Source: an uncultured Chloroflexia bacterium
GTDB lineage: Bacteria > Chloroflexota > Dormibacteria > Aeolococcales > Aeolococcaceae
NCBI GenBank assembly: GCA_963803165.1
Contig: CAWDLK010000003.1
Location: 42,513-106,512 of the forward strand
DNA: 64,000 bases
Direction: 5' to 3'
Shown: piece after piece, positions 8,822-17,093 of the stretch
Layout of the letters: each line of letters starts with the position of its first letter
How positions within the stretch are numbered: position 1 is the stretch's first letter
The notes under the pieces: model-generated
What the model was told of the DNA's origin: nothing
The model's database searches: none
Seen by the model: only the letters and a program-made list of their open reading frames with translations
Made by a program: the position numbers and the translations under genes

Positions 8822-9880
8822 TCAGGTGGTGGCCCAGCTCTCCCGACCTGCGCCGGGGATCCCGCCGCGGACGGCGTGCGGGGTGACCAGCCAGTCACCG
8901 ACCCGGGCGCGCAGCCCCGGAGCGTTGAGCACCGAGACGTGCCCCTGCGGGTAGCTCCACAGCTCGGCGCCCCAGGCCTCGGCCAGCGCGGCCATGGGCG
9001 CGTCCCCGACCACGCCGTCCAGGGTGGGGCGCACGATGGCGATCCGCCCTCCCGAGGTGACGGGCGGACGGAAGGTGCGGGCCACGATGGGGGCGAGAGC
9101 GGCCCCGACCACGTGGCGGGCGGCATCGCGGTCGGGACCCCAGATGCCGCCGGCGTCCCCCTCCAGCCCCACCTCGCGGCGGATGCGCCCGGGCAGGTGA
9201 TCCATGACGGTGCCCGCCGGGTCACAGAAGGGGGCGATGGCGACGACCGAGTCCAGCTCGAGGTGGGCCGCGAGGAGCACCGCCATCAGCCCTCCCAAGG
9301 AGGTGCCACAGACCGCGATCCGGTCGCTCACCTCGCTGCGCGCCCAGGCGAGCACCGCCGCGCAGTCCTCCACCGACTGGCGGACGATCTCGCGCGTCCA
9401 GCGGAGGTCGGCGCGGATGTAGCCCTCGCCGCTCCTCGTCCCGGCCCGGCGGCGGCGCAGGTGCAGCGGGAGGTCGATCCGGGCGGCGTGGGCGCCATTC
9501 CGAGTCAGCGCGCGGCAGCGCCGCTCCTCGTACCAGGGCCGCGGCTCCAGCAGCCCATGGACCATCAGCACGAAGGGGAGGTCGCGCCTTCCCGGCACCA
9601 CGTGAGCGGTGGCCTCGAGACGCCGGCTGCCGGGATCGTCTCCCGGGCCCCGACTGGGCCCGGTGAGGTCGCGGACCTCCACCCCACGCCCGTAGCGGCG
9701 AAGGACCGGACCGGCGACAATCGGCGCGGGGTCGTGGACCCGGCTCTCGGCCCAGAACCCGCGGGGATCAGCGGGCGCCCAGCTGTCGGGGGGCGGCGGC
9801 TCCACCGGGAGGCGGGCGAGCTGCCAGCGCACCCCCGCATCCATCGCCCGCGCGATCACCTCGCCGACCCGGTCGAGCAC
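8822..9880 (-). CDS. alpha/beta hydrolase fold protein
   Basis: 352 aa; nucleophile elbow GTSLGG (GxSxG), HGLLE oxyanion-region motif. Confidence 0.7.
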   Translation of the reverse strand: MLDRVGEVIARAMDAGVRWQLARLPVEPPPPDSWAPADPRGFWAESRVHDPAPIVAGPVLRRYGRGVEVRDLTGPSRGPGDDPGSRRLEATAHVVPGRRDLPFVLMVHGLLEPRPWYEERRCRALTRNGAHAARIDLPLHLRRRRAGTRSGEGYIRADLRWTREIVRQSVEDCAAVLAWARSEVSDRIAVCGTSLGGLMAVLLAAHLELDSVVAIAPFCDPAGTVMDHLPGRIRREVGLEGDAGGIWGPDRDAARHVVGAALAPIVARTFRPPVTSGGRIAIVRPTLDGVVGDAPMAALAEAWGAELWSYPQGHVSVLNAPGLRARVGDWLVTPHAVRGGIPGAGRESWATT

Positions 9881-10009
9881 TGCAGCTCCTCGCAGCAGAA
9901 CGGTCCCGCGCTCAATGTACCCCGGCCGCCGTCTTCCGAGACGCGGGAGCCCCGGACCTCGCCCACGTACGGCCGGCGCGGTCGGGACGCCCCGGCGAGT
10001 ACCGGGCCC

Positions 10010-10095
10010 GGGGATCGAACCCGGACGGGGACGTGGCCCCCGCGGTTTTTAAGACCGCTGCGTCTGCCGATTCCGCCAGCCCGGTGCAGGGATGC
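10010..10095 (-). tRNA. tRNA-Leu (anticodon UAA, reads UUA/UUG), type II long variable arm, 86 nt, CCA not encoded
   Basis: Manual fold of the reverse complement: acceptor ACCGGGC/GCCCGGT, D-arm TGGCGGAATCGGCAGACGC (Leu-like GCG/CGC 3-bp stem), anticodon stem GCGGT/ACCGC with loop CTTAAAA (U33, UAA, A37), variable arm GGGGGCCACGTCCCCGT, T-arm CCGGG-TTCGATC-CCCGG, discriminator A. Confidence 0.75.
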
Positions 10096-10127
10096 CAGTC
10101 TATCCCCCGGCCCTATACTGCGGACGG

Positions 10128-10694
10128 ATGTTCGCCAGGTGGGCCTCCGGCTCCAGCTACCGCCGCAGCCAGCAGGCCACCGGCGTGCCGGTCCGCCCCA
10201 GCGCGATCGCCCGGGGCCTGACCCTCCGAGTCCTCGACGTCGGCGAGGAGGCCTCCGAGAGGGAGCGCATCGCCCAGCACCTGGTCGACGAGCTGAGCCG
10301 GGCGGCGGGGCTCCCGCCCTGCCAGGTCGTGGTCCCCGACCGTCCCCAGGTGCACCGCCATGACGGCCGCCGGCTGCAGTCCAAGACGTACGGCTACTAC
10401 AGCTACCGGCTCGATGCCCAGGGTGGGGTGGCCTGGGCGCGGATCCGCATCTACCACCGCACCGCGGTGCAGCAGCGGGTCATCTCCTCCAAGGTCTTCC
10501 TCAACACGCTGCTCCACGAGTGGGTCCACCACTACGACTTCCACGGCCTCCGGCTGCCCCGCTCGTACCACACGAGCGGCTTCTTCGCGCGGCTGCGAGC
10601 GCTGGCCGACGCGCTGGAGGTGGGATTCGTCCTGCCCCCGGAGCCCGACGCCACGCCGGCACCCGGCGAGCCCGGCCCGGCCGCCGCGGGCTAG
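10128..10694 (+). CDS. hypothetical protein with HExxH zinc-metallopeptidase-like motif
   Basis: LLHEWVHHYDFHG (HEWVH = HExxH); the annotated ATG at 10092 overlaps tRNA-Leu, so start moved to the Met at 10128 (MFARW). Confidence 0.5.
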   Translation: MFARWASGSSYRRSQQATGVPVRPSAIARGLTLRVLDVGEEASERERIAQHLVDELSRAAGLPPCQVVVPDRPQVHRHDGRRLQSKTYGYYSYRLDAQGGVAWARIRIYHRTAVQQRVISSKVFLNTLLHEWVHHYDFHGLRLPRSYHTSGFFARLRALADALEVGFVLPPEPDATPAPGEPGPAAAG

Positions 10695-10746
10695 TGGCCG
10701 CGGCTCCGACGCGCACCGAGGGGGGGCTTGGCTAGAGTTCACAGCG

Positions 10747-10784
10747 CGGCGACGTAGCCAAGTGGTAAGGCACGGGTCTGCAAA
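10747..10784 (+). repeat. 38-nt direct repeat = 5' half of tRNA-Cys(GCA) (positions -1 to 37); putative left att site of integrated island
   Basis: cggcgacgtagccaagtggtaaggcacgggtctgcaaa is identical to 24751..24788 (5' half of the intact tRNA-Cys); identity stops inside the anticodon loop. Confidence 0.8.
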
Positions 10785-11035
10785 TCGCCGCGATCGGTGT
10801 CCTTGGGCGTCCAGCGCCGTCCTAATCGCAGCCGCCCGAATTCGGGAAACGGCCTCGGTAGTGCGTTTCGAACGACGTCGGACGCCCAGAGGCGTGCGAA
10901 AACTCGTCTCGGGCGGACGAGAAGGTGTCAAGAAAGGTGTCAGCCCCTGGGCTTCGCAGACCCGCCGGACGTGACCGCCGCGACCAACCAGCACCCCTCT
11001 GACGCGCCTCCGTTACAGACGGTGCCGCTCCTGGA

Positions 11036-11428
11036 TCAGGCGATCGGCACCACCCAGAAATGAAGCTCGGGTAGCGGTTCGTAGTCGAGTGTCGCTTCGA
11101 TGACACCTTCACCCGGCCCGTAAGTGGGAAAGCGTAGCTCAGACACAACGTTCAGGTAGGCCCGCCCCGCTGGGTCCGTGCCGGCCGCCCTCAGCGGCAG
11201 CTCGGACCAGGGCAGCACCTCCAAACCGCCGTGAGAGATGCGCAGGCGTAGCCAGTGAACGGGCCGGATCTCCCACTGCTCGAGTTGTATGCGCGTGAGC
11301 AAGCGGATCTGGTTGGTCGCGGGGAACGATCTCACGTTGAGCTGGTCGACGCCGGCCGACCGGATGTCAATGAGGCCTTCTCGGTTGATCCTAGCCTCGT
11401 TGGCGAGTAATTGAGCGAGAACCTTCAC
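11036..11428 (-). CDS. hypothetical protein, translationally coupled to hicA-like gene (GTGA overlap)
   Basis: Track ORF 11036..11473 overlaps hicA by 49 nt from its ATG; an in-frame GTG at 11428 gives a 4-nt overlap with the hicA stop; no recognisable domain. Confidence 0.35.
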   Translation of the reverse strand: MKVLAQLLANEARINREGLIDIRSAGVDQLNVRSFPATNQIRLLTRIQLEQWEIRPVHWLRLRISHGGLEVLPWSELPLRAAGTDPAGRAYLNVVSELRFPTYGPGEGVIEATLDYEPLPELHFWVVPIA

Positions 11429-11634
11429 CGCAGCCTTTCGGCCTCCTCCTTGGTGATGCCCGCCTGCCGCCATATGGAGCTGAGCACCCCCCGCGTCACC
11501 TCCTTCTTGTTGCGCGGGACGGTTACGGTCCGAGGATGTCCGTCCTTCACGTATTGGTCCTCGCCGGTGCGGCGATCCCGGGTGAAGCCAAGCTTCTGGA
11601 GCACCCTACCCACATCCTGGCTTGACCAGGTCAC
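11425..11634 (-). CDS. hicA: HicA family toxin-like protein (YcfA/HicA fold, type II TA)
   Basis: 69 aa; VGRVLQKLGF...GHPRTVTVPRNKKEVTRGVLSSIWRQAGIT matches the HicA pattern (..G..V..GSH..F....G..TVPHP.KDL..GTL.SILKQAGL). Confidence 0.65.
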   Translation of the reverse strand: MTWSSQDVGRVLQKLGFTRDRRTGEDQYVKDGHPRTVTVPRNKKEVTRGVLSSIWRQAGITKEEAERLR

Positions 11635-11666
11635 CCGGGTGGGCCGCGTCTGTCAAGGTGGTGTAA

Positions 11667-12979
11667 GAGAGACCGACGCCATCCGCGCGTCGATCGACTC
11701 GTTCACGCTGCTGCGGTGATCGCGGGCAAGCCCTCCGTGTCGATGGTGGAGTAGGTCTTGGTGAGCGACTCGGCGCTCATGTAGCGGCGGCCCACGGCCC
11801 ACTCGTCGTTCTGCTCGGCGAGCACGGCCCCGACCAGGCGGATGACCGCGTCGCGGTTGGGGAAGATGCCGACCACGTCGGTGCGTCGACGGAGCTCCTT
11901 GTTGAGCCGCTCCTGGGGGTTGTTGGACCAGATCTGGCGCCAGTGCTCCTTGGCGAAGGCGGTGAAGGCCAGCAGGTCGGGGGTCGCCTCCTCGAGCAGA
12001 TCGGCCGCCCGCGGGAAGCGCTCGCGGAGCTGCTCCACGATCCGGCCGTGCTGGGCCCAGGTCGAGGTGGCGTCGGGCTGGGCAAAGGTGGAGCGCACCA
12101 GGGTGGCCACCGCGGCCTGGGCGGATCGGGGCACCCGGCTCAGCAGGTTGCGCATGAAGTGGGTCCGGCACCGCTGCCAGCTGGCGCCGTCGAGGATGGC
12201 GGCGATGGCGTTCTTGAGCCCTTCGTGGGCGTCGGAGATCACCAGCCGGACCCCACGCAGTCCTCGGGCCACCAGGCCCCGCAGGAAGGCCGTCCAGGCG
12301 GCTCCATCCTCGGCGCTGACCACGTCGACGCCCAGGATCTCCCGCTTGCCCTCAGCGGTCACCCCGGTGGCAACGACGGCACAGACGTTGACGATCCGGC
12401 CGTCTTCGCGGACCCGCTGGGTCAGGGCGTCGACCCAGACGTAGGGGTAGCCGGCGGGGTCCAGCGGCCGGTTGCGGAAGCTCGCCACCATCGGGTCCAG
12501 CTCCTGGGCCATGGCGCTCACCTGGGACTTGCTCAGCCGCTCGATGCCGAGCGTCCGGACCAGACCCTCGACCCGGCGGGTGGAGACGCCGCGGACATAG
12601 CACTCGGCCACCACCGCCACCAGGGCCCGCTCCGATCGCCGGCGCTGCTCCAAGAGCCAGTCCGGGAAGTAGCTGCCCGAGCGCAGCTTGGGGATGGCCA
12701 GGTCGATCGTACCCGTTCGGGTGTCCCAGGTCCGCTCCCGGTACCCGTTGCGGGAGTTCACCCGCTCCGGGGTCCGCTCGCCATAGCCGGCCCCGCAGAG
12801 GCTGTCGACCTCCGCGTTCATCAGGGCGCCGGCGAAGGTCGTGATCATCTCCCGCAACAGGTCGGCGTCAGCCGCCTCCACCTGCTTGCGGAACCAGGTC
12901 AGGGCATCCATGCTGGGTGTGGCCACCGTCATCTCCTCGAGGTTGGTGATGCTTCCTCAAAGGATGGCGGTGGTCTCTC
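11667..12979. mobile_element. IS256-family insertion sequence (~1.3 kb) with ~18-bp imperfect terminal inverted repeats
   Basis: IRs GAGAGACCGACGCCATCC (11667..11684) and GAGAGACCACCGCCATCC (reverse complement of 12962..12979), 16/18 match; encloses the Mutator/IS256 transposase. Confidence 0.75.
11703..12932 (-). CDS. IS256 family (Mutator-type) transposase
   Basis: 409 aa; typical IS256 transposase sequence (…DGRIVNVCAVVATGVTAEGKREILG…ISDAHEGLKNAI…WQRCRTHFMRN…), DDE residues spaced as in the family. Confidence 0.9.
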   Translation of the reverse strand: MTVATPSMDALTWFRKQVEAADADLLREMITTFAGALMNAEVDSLCGAGYGERTPERVNSRNGYRERTWDTRTGTIDLAIPKLRSGSYFPDWLLEQRRRSERALVAVVAECYVRGVSTRRVEGLVRTLGIERLSKSQVSAMAQELDPMVASFRNRPLDPAGYPYVWVDALTQRVREDGRIVNVCAVVATGVTAEGKREILGVDVVSAEDGAAWTAFLRGLVARGLRGVRLVISDAHEGLKNAIAAILDGASWQRCRTHFMRNLLSRVPRSAQAAVATLVRSTFAQPDATSTWAQHGRIVEQLRERFPRAADLLEEATPDLLAFTAFAKEHWRQIWSNNPQERLNKELRRRTDVVGIFPNRDAVIRLVGAVLAEQNDEWAVGRRYMSAESLTKTYSTIDTEGLPAITAAA

Positions 12980-13043
12980 CCTTTGTGGAGACCCTCAGGC
13001 TCCTCGTACACCACGTCCCTGGACGCTAACCCCGGCTTCCCCG

Positions 13044-13397
13044 TCAGGCGGGAAAGTGCAAGATCACTGGCACTCCCTGGCCAGGGTCGTGGCTGAGGAG
13101 AAACTCAGCGTGGGCCTCCTTCGGCACCGGGAACCCGGGGCTGATCCCCCGCTCCGCGGCCAGGGCCTGAGCATCATGCACCGCTTGCTGGAGGGCGCTC
13201 AAGGCTGCCTCAGCGCTCTCAGCTTGCGTCGCGATGTCGAGCTCTAGGCAGAGCGCGGCCCACTGACCGCCGCCCTGGTACGCCGCTACCCCCGTGAGGG
13301 TCGCCACTGGCGCAGCCGGCAACCCACCGGGCAGGCGTTGCTCATCCGTCGCGGTGGCGACGGACTCCACGCGGAAGTCACAGAGAGCGATCGTCAT
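13044..13397 (-). CDS. hypothetical protein; weak resemblance to HicB/UPF0150 antitoxin N-terminal domain
   Basis: 117 aa; segment GGQWAALCLELDIATQAESAEAALSALQQAVHD resembles the HicB-like core (W.A...DLPG....G.T.EEAL.N..EAI); on the same strand as and upstream of hicA, separated from it by the IS256. Confidence 0.3.
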   Translation of the reverse strand: MTIALCDFRVESVATATDEQRLPGGLPAAPVATLTGVAAYQGGGQWAALCLELDIATQAESAEAALSALQQAVHDAQALAAERGISPGFPVPKEAHAEFLLSHDPGQGVPVILHFPA

Positions 13398-13565
13398 CGC
13401 CGATAATCATGCTCCCGGCGACCGCGGTGCCGGGAGCCGAAGCTCGATTGTGTCAATCGCGGCCCGCCTCGGCACCGGTCGCCGCAAGGTTGCCGCGGTC
13501 GTCCTCGACGTCCCGCCGGGACCGCCGGGGATCTCGATTCGCCACGCCAGAGCCCCTCGCCGCCC

Positions 13566-15089
13566 TCAACCGAAGGGGGTCTGGGTCCACTGGAGCCCGC
13601 CGTCCTGGGTGGTCCAGATGCTGTGTGGGTCGCCGATCCACCACCCGACCTGCGCACTCTCGAAGCCCAGCCATGCCGGACTGCCCGCCTGGGTCAGCTG
13701 CTGAGTATCGGTCGCGGTGGCGGTCCAGTGGTCTCCTGCGTCCGTCGAGACGAGCACTTCGGCGGTGAAGGATCCATTGCCACCGATGGGGCCGGTGGAG
13801 ACGGCAAGGACATTCGGGCTGGCAGCCGCCAGCAGGGCAAGAACCTGCACGTCGGGCAGGCTGCCTGTCGATGTCCAGACCCCGCCGCTGTCGGTGGAGG
13901 TGACGACGAAGGTGCCGCTCCCCGTATGCGGGCTGCACAGCCCGGCGTAGAAGCCGCCCGGGGCTGAGGTCAGATCGATGAGGTCCTCCTCCGTGCTCGT
14001 GCCGGTGGCTCCCTGGCCGGAGCACGGGTCGCTCGTCGTCTGCCAGGTGGACCCTCCGTCGGTCGACCGATAGACAGTCGCCTGCGCCGACGTCGGGCCG
14101 GCCTGGCTCCCGTACAGGGCGACCAGCAGCGCGGAGCCTGAGGCGGCGATCTGCGCGGAGTCACTGCGATCCGGGTACGCCAACTGGGCGATCAGCGTGT
14201 GCCACACGCTGGATCCGATCGCCGCATCCTGCAGGGTGGGATTGCACGGTCCGGGGCAACCGCCGCTGTCATAGGCGACGCGATAGGCATAGCCATCGGC
14301 GACGGTGAGCGTCTCCACCTGCAGCCCCAACTGCGGCTGCCAGTTGAGGCCTCCATCGGTGGTCATGAGCAGCCTTGGCCCGTACAGGTAGCCGACCGTC
14401 GGGCTGGCGAAGGCCAGCTCGCTGACGCAGGCAATGCTGGAGCAGTCGGCGGACCCGGTCTGGACCTGCGCCGGCGGGTCGGGCAGCGCCTGCCACTGCG
14501 CTCCGCCATCGGTGGTGTGTGCCAGGACGGCACAGCTTCCCGTGGCGCATGGCTGCACCGCGAGCGCCCATCCCTCGGTGGTGCTGATCCAGCTGAGATC
14601 CAGGAGGGAGGCATCCGCCAGGCTCGGCGCCGCGGTCGTCGAGAAGGACAACGGCGCGCTGGCCATGGGCGGCGGGCTCGGTGGCCCCTTGGGGCCGAGC
14701 TTGATCACCACCGCAACCAGGAGGCACTGGTCCTGACATGCGGTCGTCGTCTGGTTCGACCCGCTGAAGGCAGACGCCTGCGCGGTGAAAGCTCCCGAGG
14801 CGGTGCCGGTGGTCCCCGTGTACAGGGTGATGCCCGAGTCTTCACCGCAACTGCTCGCGCCACCAGCGGAGGGCGATCCGGCGCACTCGTAGACCGACAC
14901 CGTGGCGTCCAGGGGGAACTCACTCAGGCGCACCTGCAGCTGCTGACCGCCGACCAGCCCCGCGCTCGGCGAGACGCTCAGGGCGGGCGAAGCAGTCGCT
15001 GACGGGCTGGTCGACGCCGTTGGCCCCCGCGACGGGCCGGCCACGCTCGGCCCGCACCCGAGGGCGAACAGCGCAAGACCGGTGGCCAT
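13566..15089 (-). CDS. BNR/Asp-box repeat lipoprotein (Ycf48/sialidase-like beta-propeller)
   Basis: Lipobox LALFALGC; repeated SxDGGxxW motifs (TTDGGAQW, TTDGGLNW, STDGGSTW, TQDGGLQW); start moved to the Met at 15089 preceding the signal peptide. Confidence 0.7.
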   Translation of the reverse strand: MATGLALFALGCGPSVAGPSRGPTASTSPSATASPALSVSPSAGLVGGQQLQVRLSEFPLDATVSVYECAGSPSAGGASSCGEDSGITLYTGTTGTASGAFTAQASAFSGSNQTTTACQDQCLLVAVVIKLGPKGPPSPPPMASAPLSFSTTAAPSLADASLLDLSWISTTEGWALAVQPCATGSCAVLAHTTDGGAQWQALPDPPAQVQTGSADCSSIACVSELAFASPTVGYLYGPRLLMTTDGGLNWQPQLGLQVETLTVADGYAYRVAYDSGGCPGPCNPTLQDAAIGSSVWHTLIAQLAYPDRSDSAQIAASGSALLVALYGSQAGPTSAQATVYRSTDGGSTWQTTSDPCSGQGATGTSTEEDLIDLTSAPGGFYAGLCSPHTGSGTFVVTSTDSGGVWTSTGSLPDVQVLALLAAASPNVLAVSTGPIGGNGSFTAEVLVSTDAGDHWTATATDTQQLTQAGSPAWLGFESAQVGWWIGDPHSIWTTQDGGLQWTQTPFG

Positions 15090-15845
15090 GATGCATGGCA
15101 GACGGGCATGGGAGCGCCCGTGTTCCCGGGAAGGCGCACACCCTTCCACGAACGCCATCACCGAGACGGCAAGCACGCCCACAGGTCTCACCGGCGGCTC
15201 CTCGAACCTGGTCAAGCATATGACGCCGCGAGGGCCCTATCTGTTACGCGGACCGGTGCGGCTGGGCAAACCGCCAGCCGTCGCACGCACCTCCGACGCG
15301 GCCGACCAACACCGGCTGTGACAGCGGCGGCGCCTCCTGCCGCCGTGCCGCCGCCGCGGATTCTGCTCAGTCGACCTACACCCAGCCAACCGATCGGCCC
15401 AAGCGCGTCACCTCTGGGGCGGTTGTTAGCCAGATCAGAGCCGCCGACCGAGGGGATTCGAGAAATCGTTGCTAAATCGCCTCGGGGAGCGCGGACTCGA
15501 ACCGCGGACCCCTGGTCCCCCAGACGCACCAGGCACATCGTTGACGGCGTAGGCGTCACGCATCTGAATACACGGAGCCGCGCCAAACCGCACCCAGCCG
15601 CACCGCTGTGAAGGGCAGTTGGCATCGAGTCTGGCATCGCCCGTAGGGCCACCGACCCTGGTATGGCGTCGCCACGGGAAGTATGGCGACCGCACAACAT
15701 CCATTGCGCTCGCATAGGTTTCGACCCCTGGTCCGCCTCGAACTCCGGACCCCTCGTCCCGTACAAGGTGCCTCCCGCCGCCTCGAGGGCGTCGGAAGGG
15801 GCTAGCTGCCGGAGACCACGAGGCAGTCGCAGCGGCGGCAATATC

Positions 15846-15875
15846 GGCCACGGCCACGGCCACGGCCACGGCCAG
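15846..15875. repeat. hexanucleotide microsatellite (GGCCAC)x5
   Basis: ggccacggccacggccacggccacggccag read directly; lies in non-coding island DNA. Confidence 0.85.
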
Positions 15876-16092
15876 CCAAGATGCGCTACTAACGAGGGCA
15901 GATGATCGCCAGTAAGTCAGTGCTCTCGTCGCCGGGGGACTTCATCCATGACTCACAAGACTCGGGGCGATCCCCGCGCCGGACTAAACCCGCCTACCTA
16001 CGTTCCGCGTCTGCTACGCTCAATTCCGCCTTCGGGCACCGCCCCTCGGGGCCAGCTACCTACGGGTCCACACCTCCAAGGAGGTCACGCCG

Positions 16093-16986
16093 ATGCTCAC
16101 CCTTACCCCCTTCGAGCGAAGCCTGCGCGCCCTGCTGGTCGAACACCTCCGCGACGCGGGCGGCGATCAGGACAAGGCCCTCATCACCGAGGAGGACCTC
16201 GACGCACGCATCGCTTCCCGCCCGCGGCACGGCAGCGACGCCCTCCGACCGCCCCACGACCGCTTCTTCCAAGCGTTGAGCCACATCTGCATCTACGAGG
16301 ACGAGCACGGACGGCCGCTTCTCGGCGCCATCGTGGTCGTCGAGAGCACGCGCCGCCCCGGCGATTGGTTTCAGCGCCTCACCGGCCACCTTGGGTTCGA
16401 GACCACCGGCACACGCCTCTGGTCGGACGAGCTGGACGCGCTCATCGATCTCTGGTCGTGGCAGCTCGCCCCGGACACCCTCGTCATCGCCGACATCATC
16501 GACCGTGGCGTCGAGACGCTAGACGCTCATGTCCGCGCTCTTGAGCGTTCCGTGCGCCGGGGCAGCCGTCTCCCCTACCTCAGCCGATCCGCTTCCTGGC
16601 CGTGCCAGCGCAACCACGACTTCATCCCGATGCTCCGGGCCAAGAACGTCGGCGACGCTCCGGCCGTCGATGCCCTCTACTGGGGCATGTCGAACTTCGC
16701 GCCCGCGCACCGCTCGGACCCCTTCAGCCTCGCCGCTGGCGAGGGGCCCGTCGACATCCCGCTGCGTCACTCCCCCACGACGCTCATGCGCGAGGTGATG
16801 GGCGATATGGTCGACGACGTCGCCGAGGTCCTCGTGTACGGCGACGGCGCCGGGCGCTGGCTGCGCCAGCGCCCCCACCTGGCCCAGCGCGCCGACGTCT
16901 GGGTCGACGACGGCCGCGCCGATCCGCCCGCCTGGCTCGCCTGGTACCGCACCATGCTCCGCGAGATTGGCTTGCGCCGTTCCTGA
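16093..16986 (+). CDS. hypothetical protein (297 aa), no recognisable domain
   Basis: Strong RBS AAGGAGG 8 nt upstream of ATG (16073..16080); coherent non-repetitive protein composition; inside island. Confidence 0.6.
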   Translation: MLTLTPFERSLRALLVEHLRDAGGDQDKALITEEDLDARIASRPRHGSDALRPPHDRFFQALSHICIYEDEHGRPLLGAIVVVESTRRPGDWFQRLTGHLGFETTGTRLWSDELDALIDLWSWQLAPDTLVIADIIDRGVETLDAHVRALERSVRRGSRLPYLSRSASWPCQRNHDFIPMLRAKNVGDAPAVDALYWGMSNFAPAHRSDPFSLAAGEGPVDIPLRHSPTTLMREVMGDMVDDVAEVLVYGDGAGRWLRQRPHLAQRADVWVDDGRADPPAWLAWYRTMLREIGLRRS

Positions 16987-17093
16987 ACCCACGCGCCAAC
17001 TCCCTGCAGCGCGATCGCCAGGGCTAGACGTTGCCGTGATTGCTGCCACGCATCACATGCACGAGTAGATGCGACACGCCGCGCAACCTCGAT

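Noticed and set aside
7735-10363. 496-aa minus ORF 7735..9225 and 534-aa plus ORF 8759..10363
   Set aside because: Low-complexity RP/RG translations overlapping murL-like and the alpha/beta hydrolase. Rejected as GC artefacts.
15482-15515. Possible intact tRNA on minus strand
   Set aside because: Only the T-arm and acceptor 3' strand are present. No matching 5' acceptor strand (CGGGGAG) or anticodon arm upstream. Kept as a relic/repeat finding, not a tRNA feature.
13294-15611. Various ORFs on both strands across the BNR lipoprotein and the downstream non-coding stretch (e.g. 13453..14025, 14199..15002, 15212..15841)
   Set aside because: No motifs, biased composition. The region 15230..15900 is better explained as non-coding repeat DNA.
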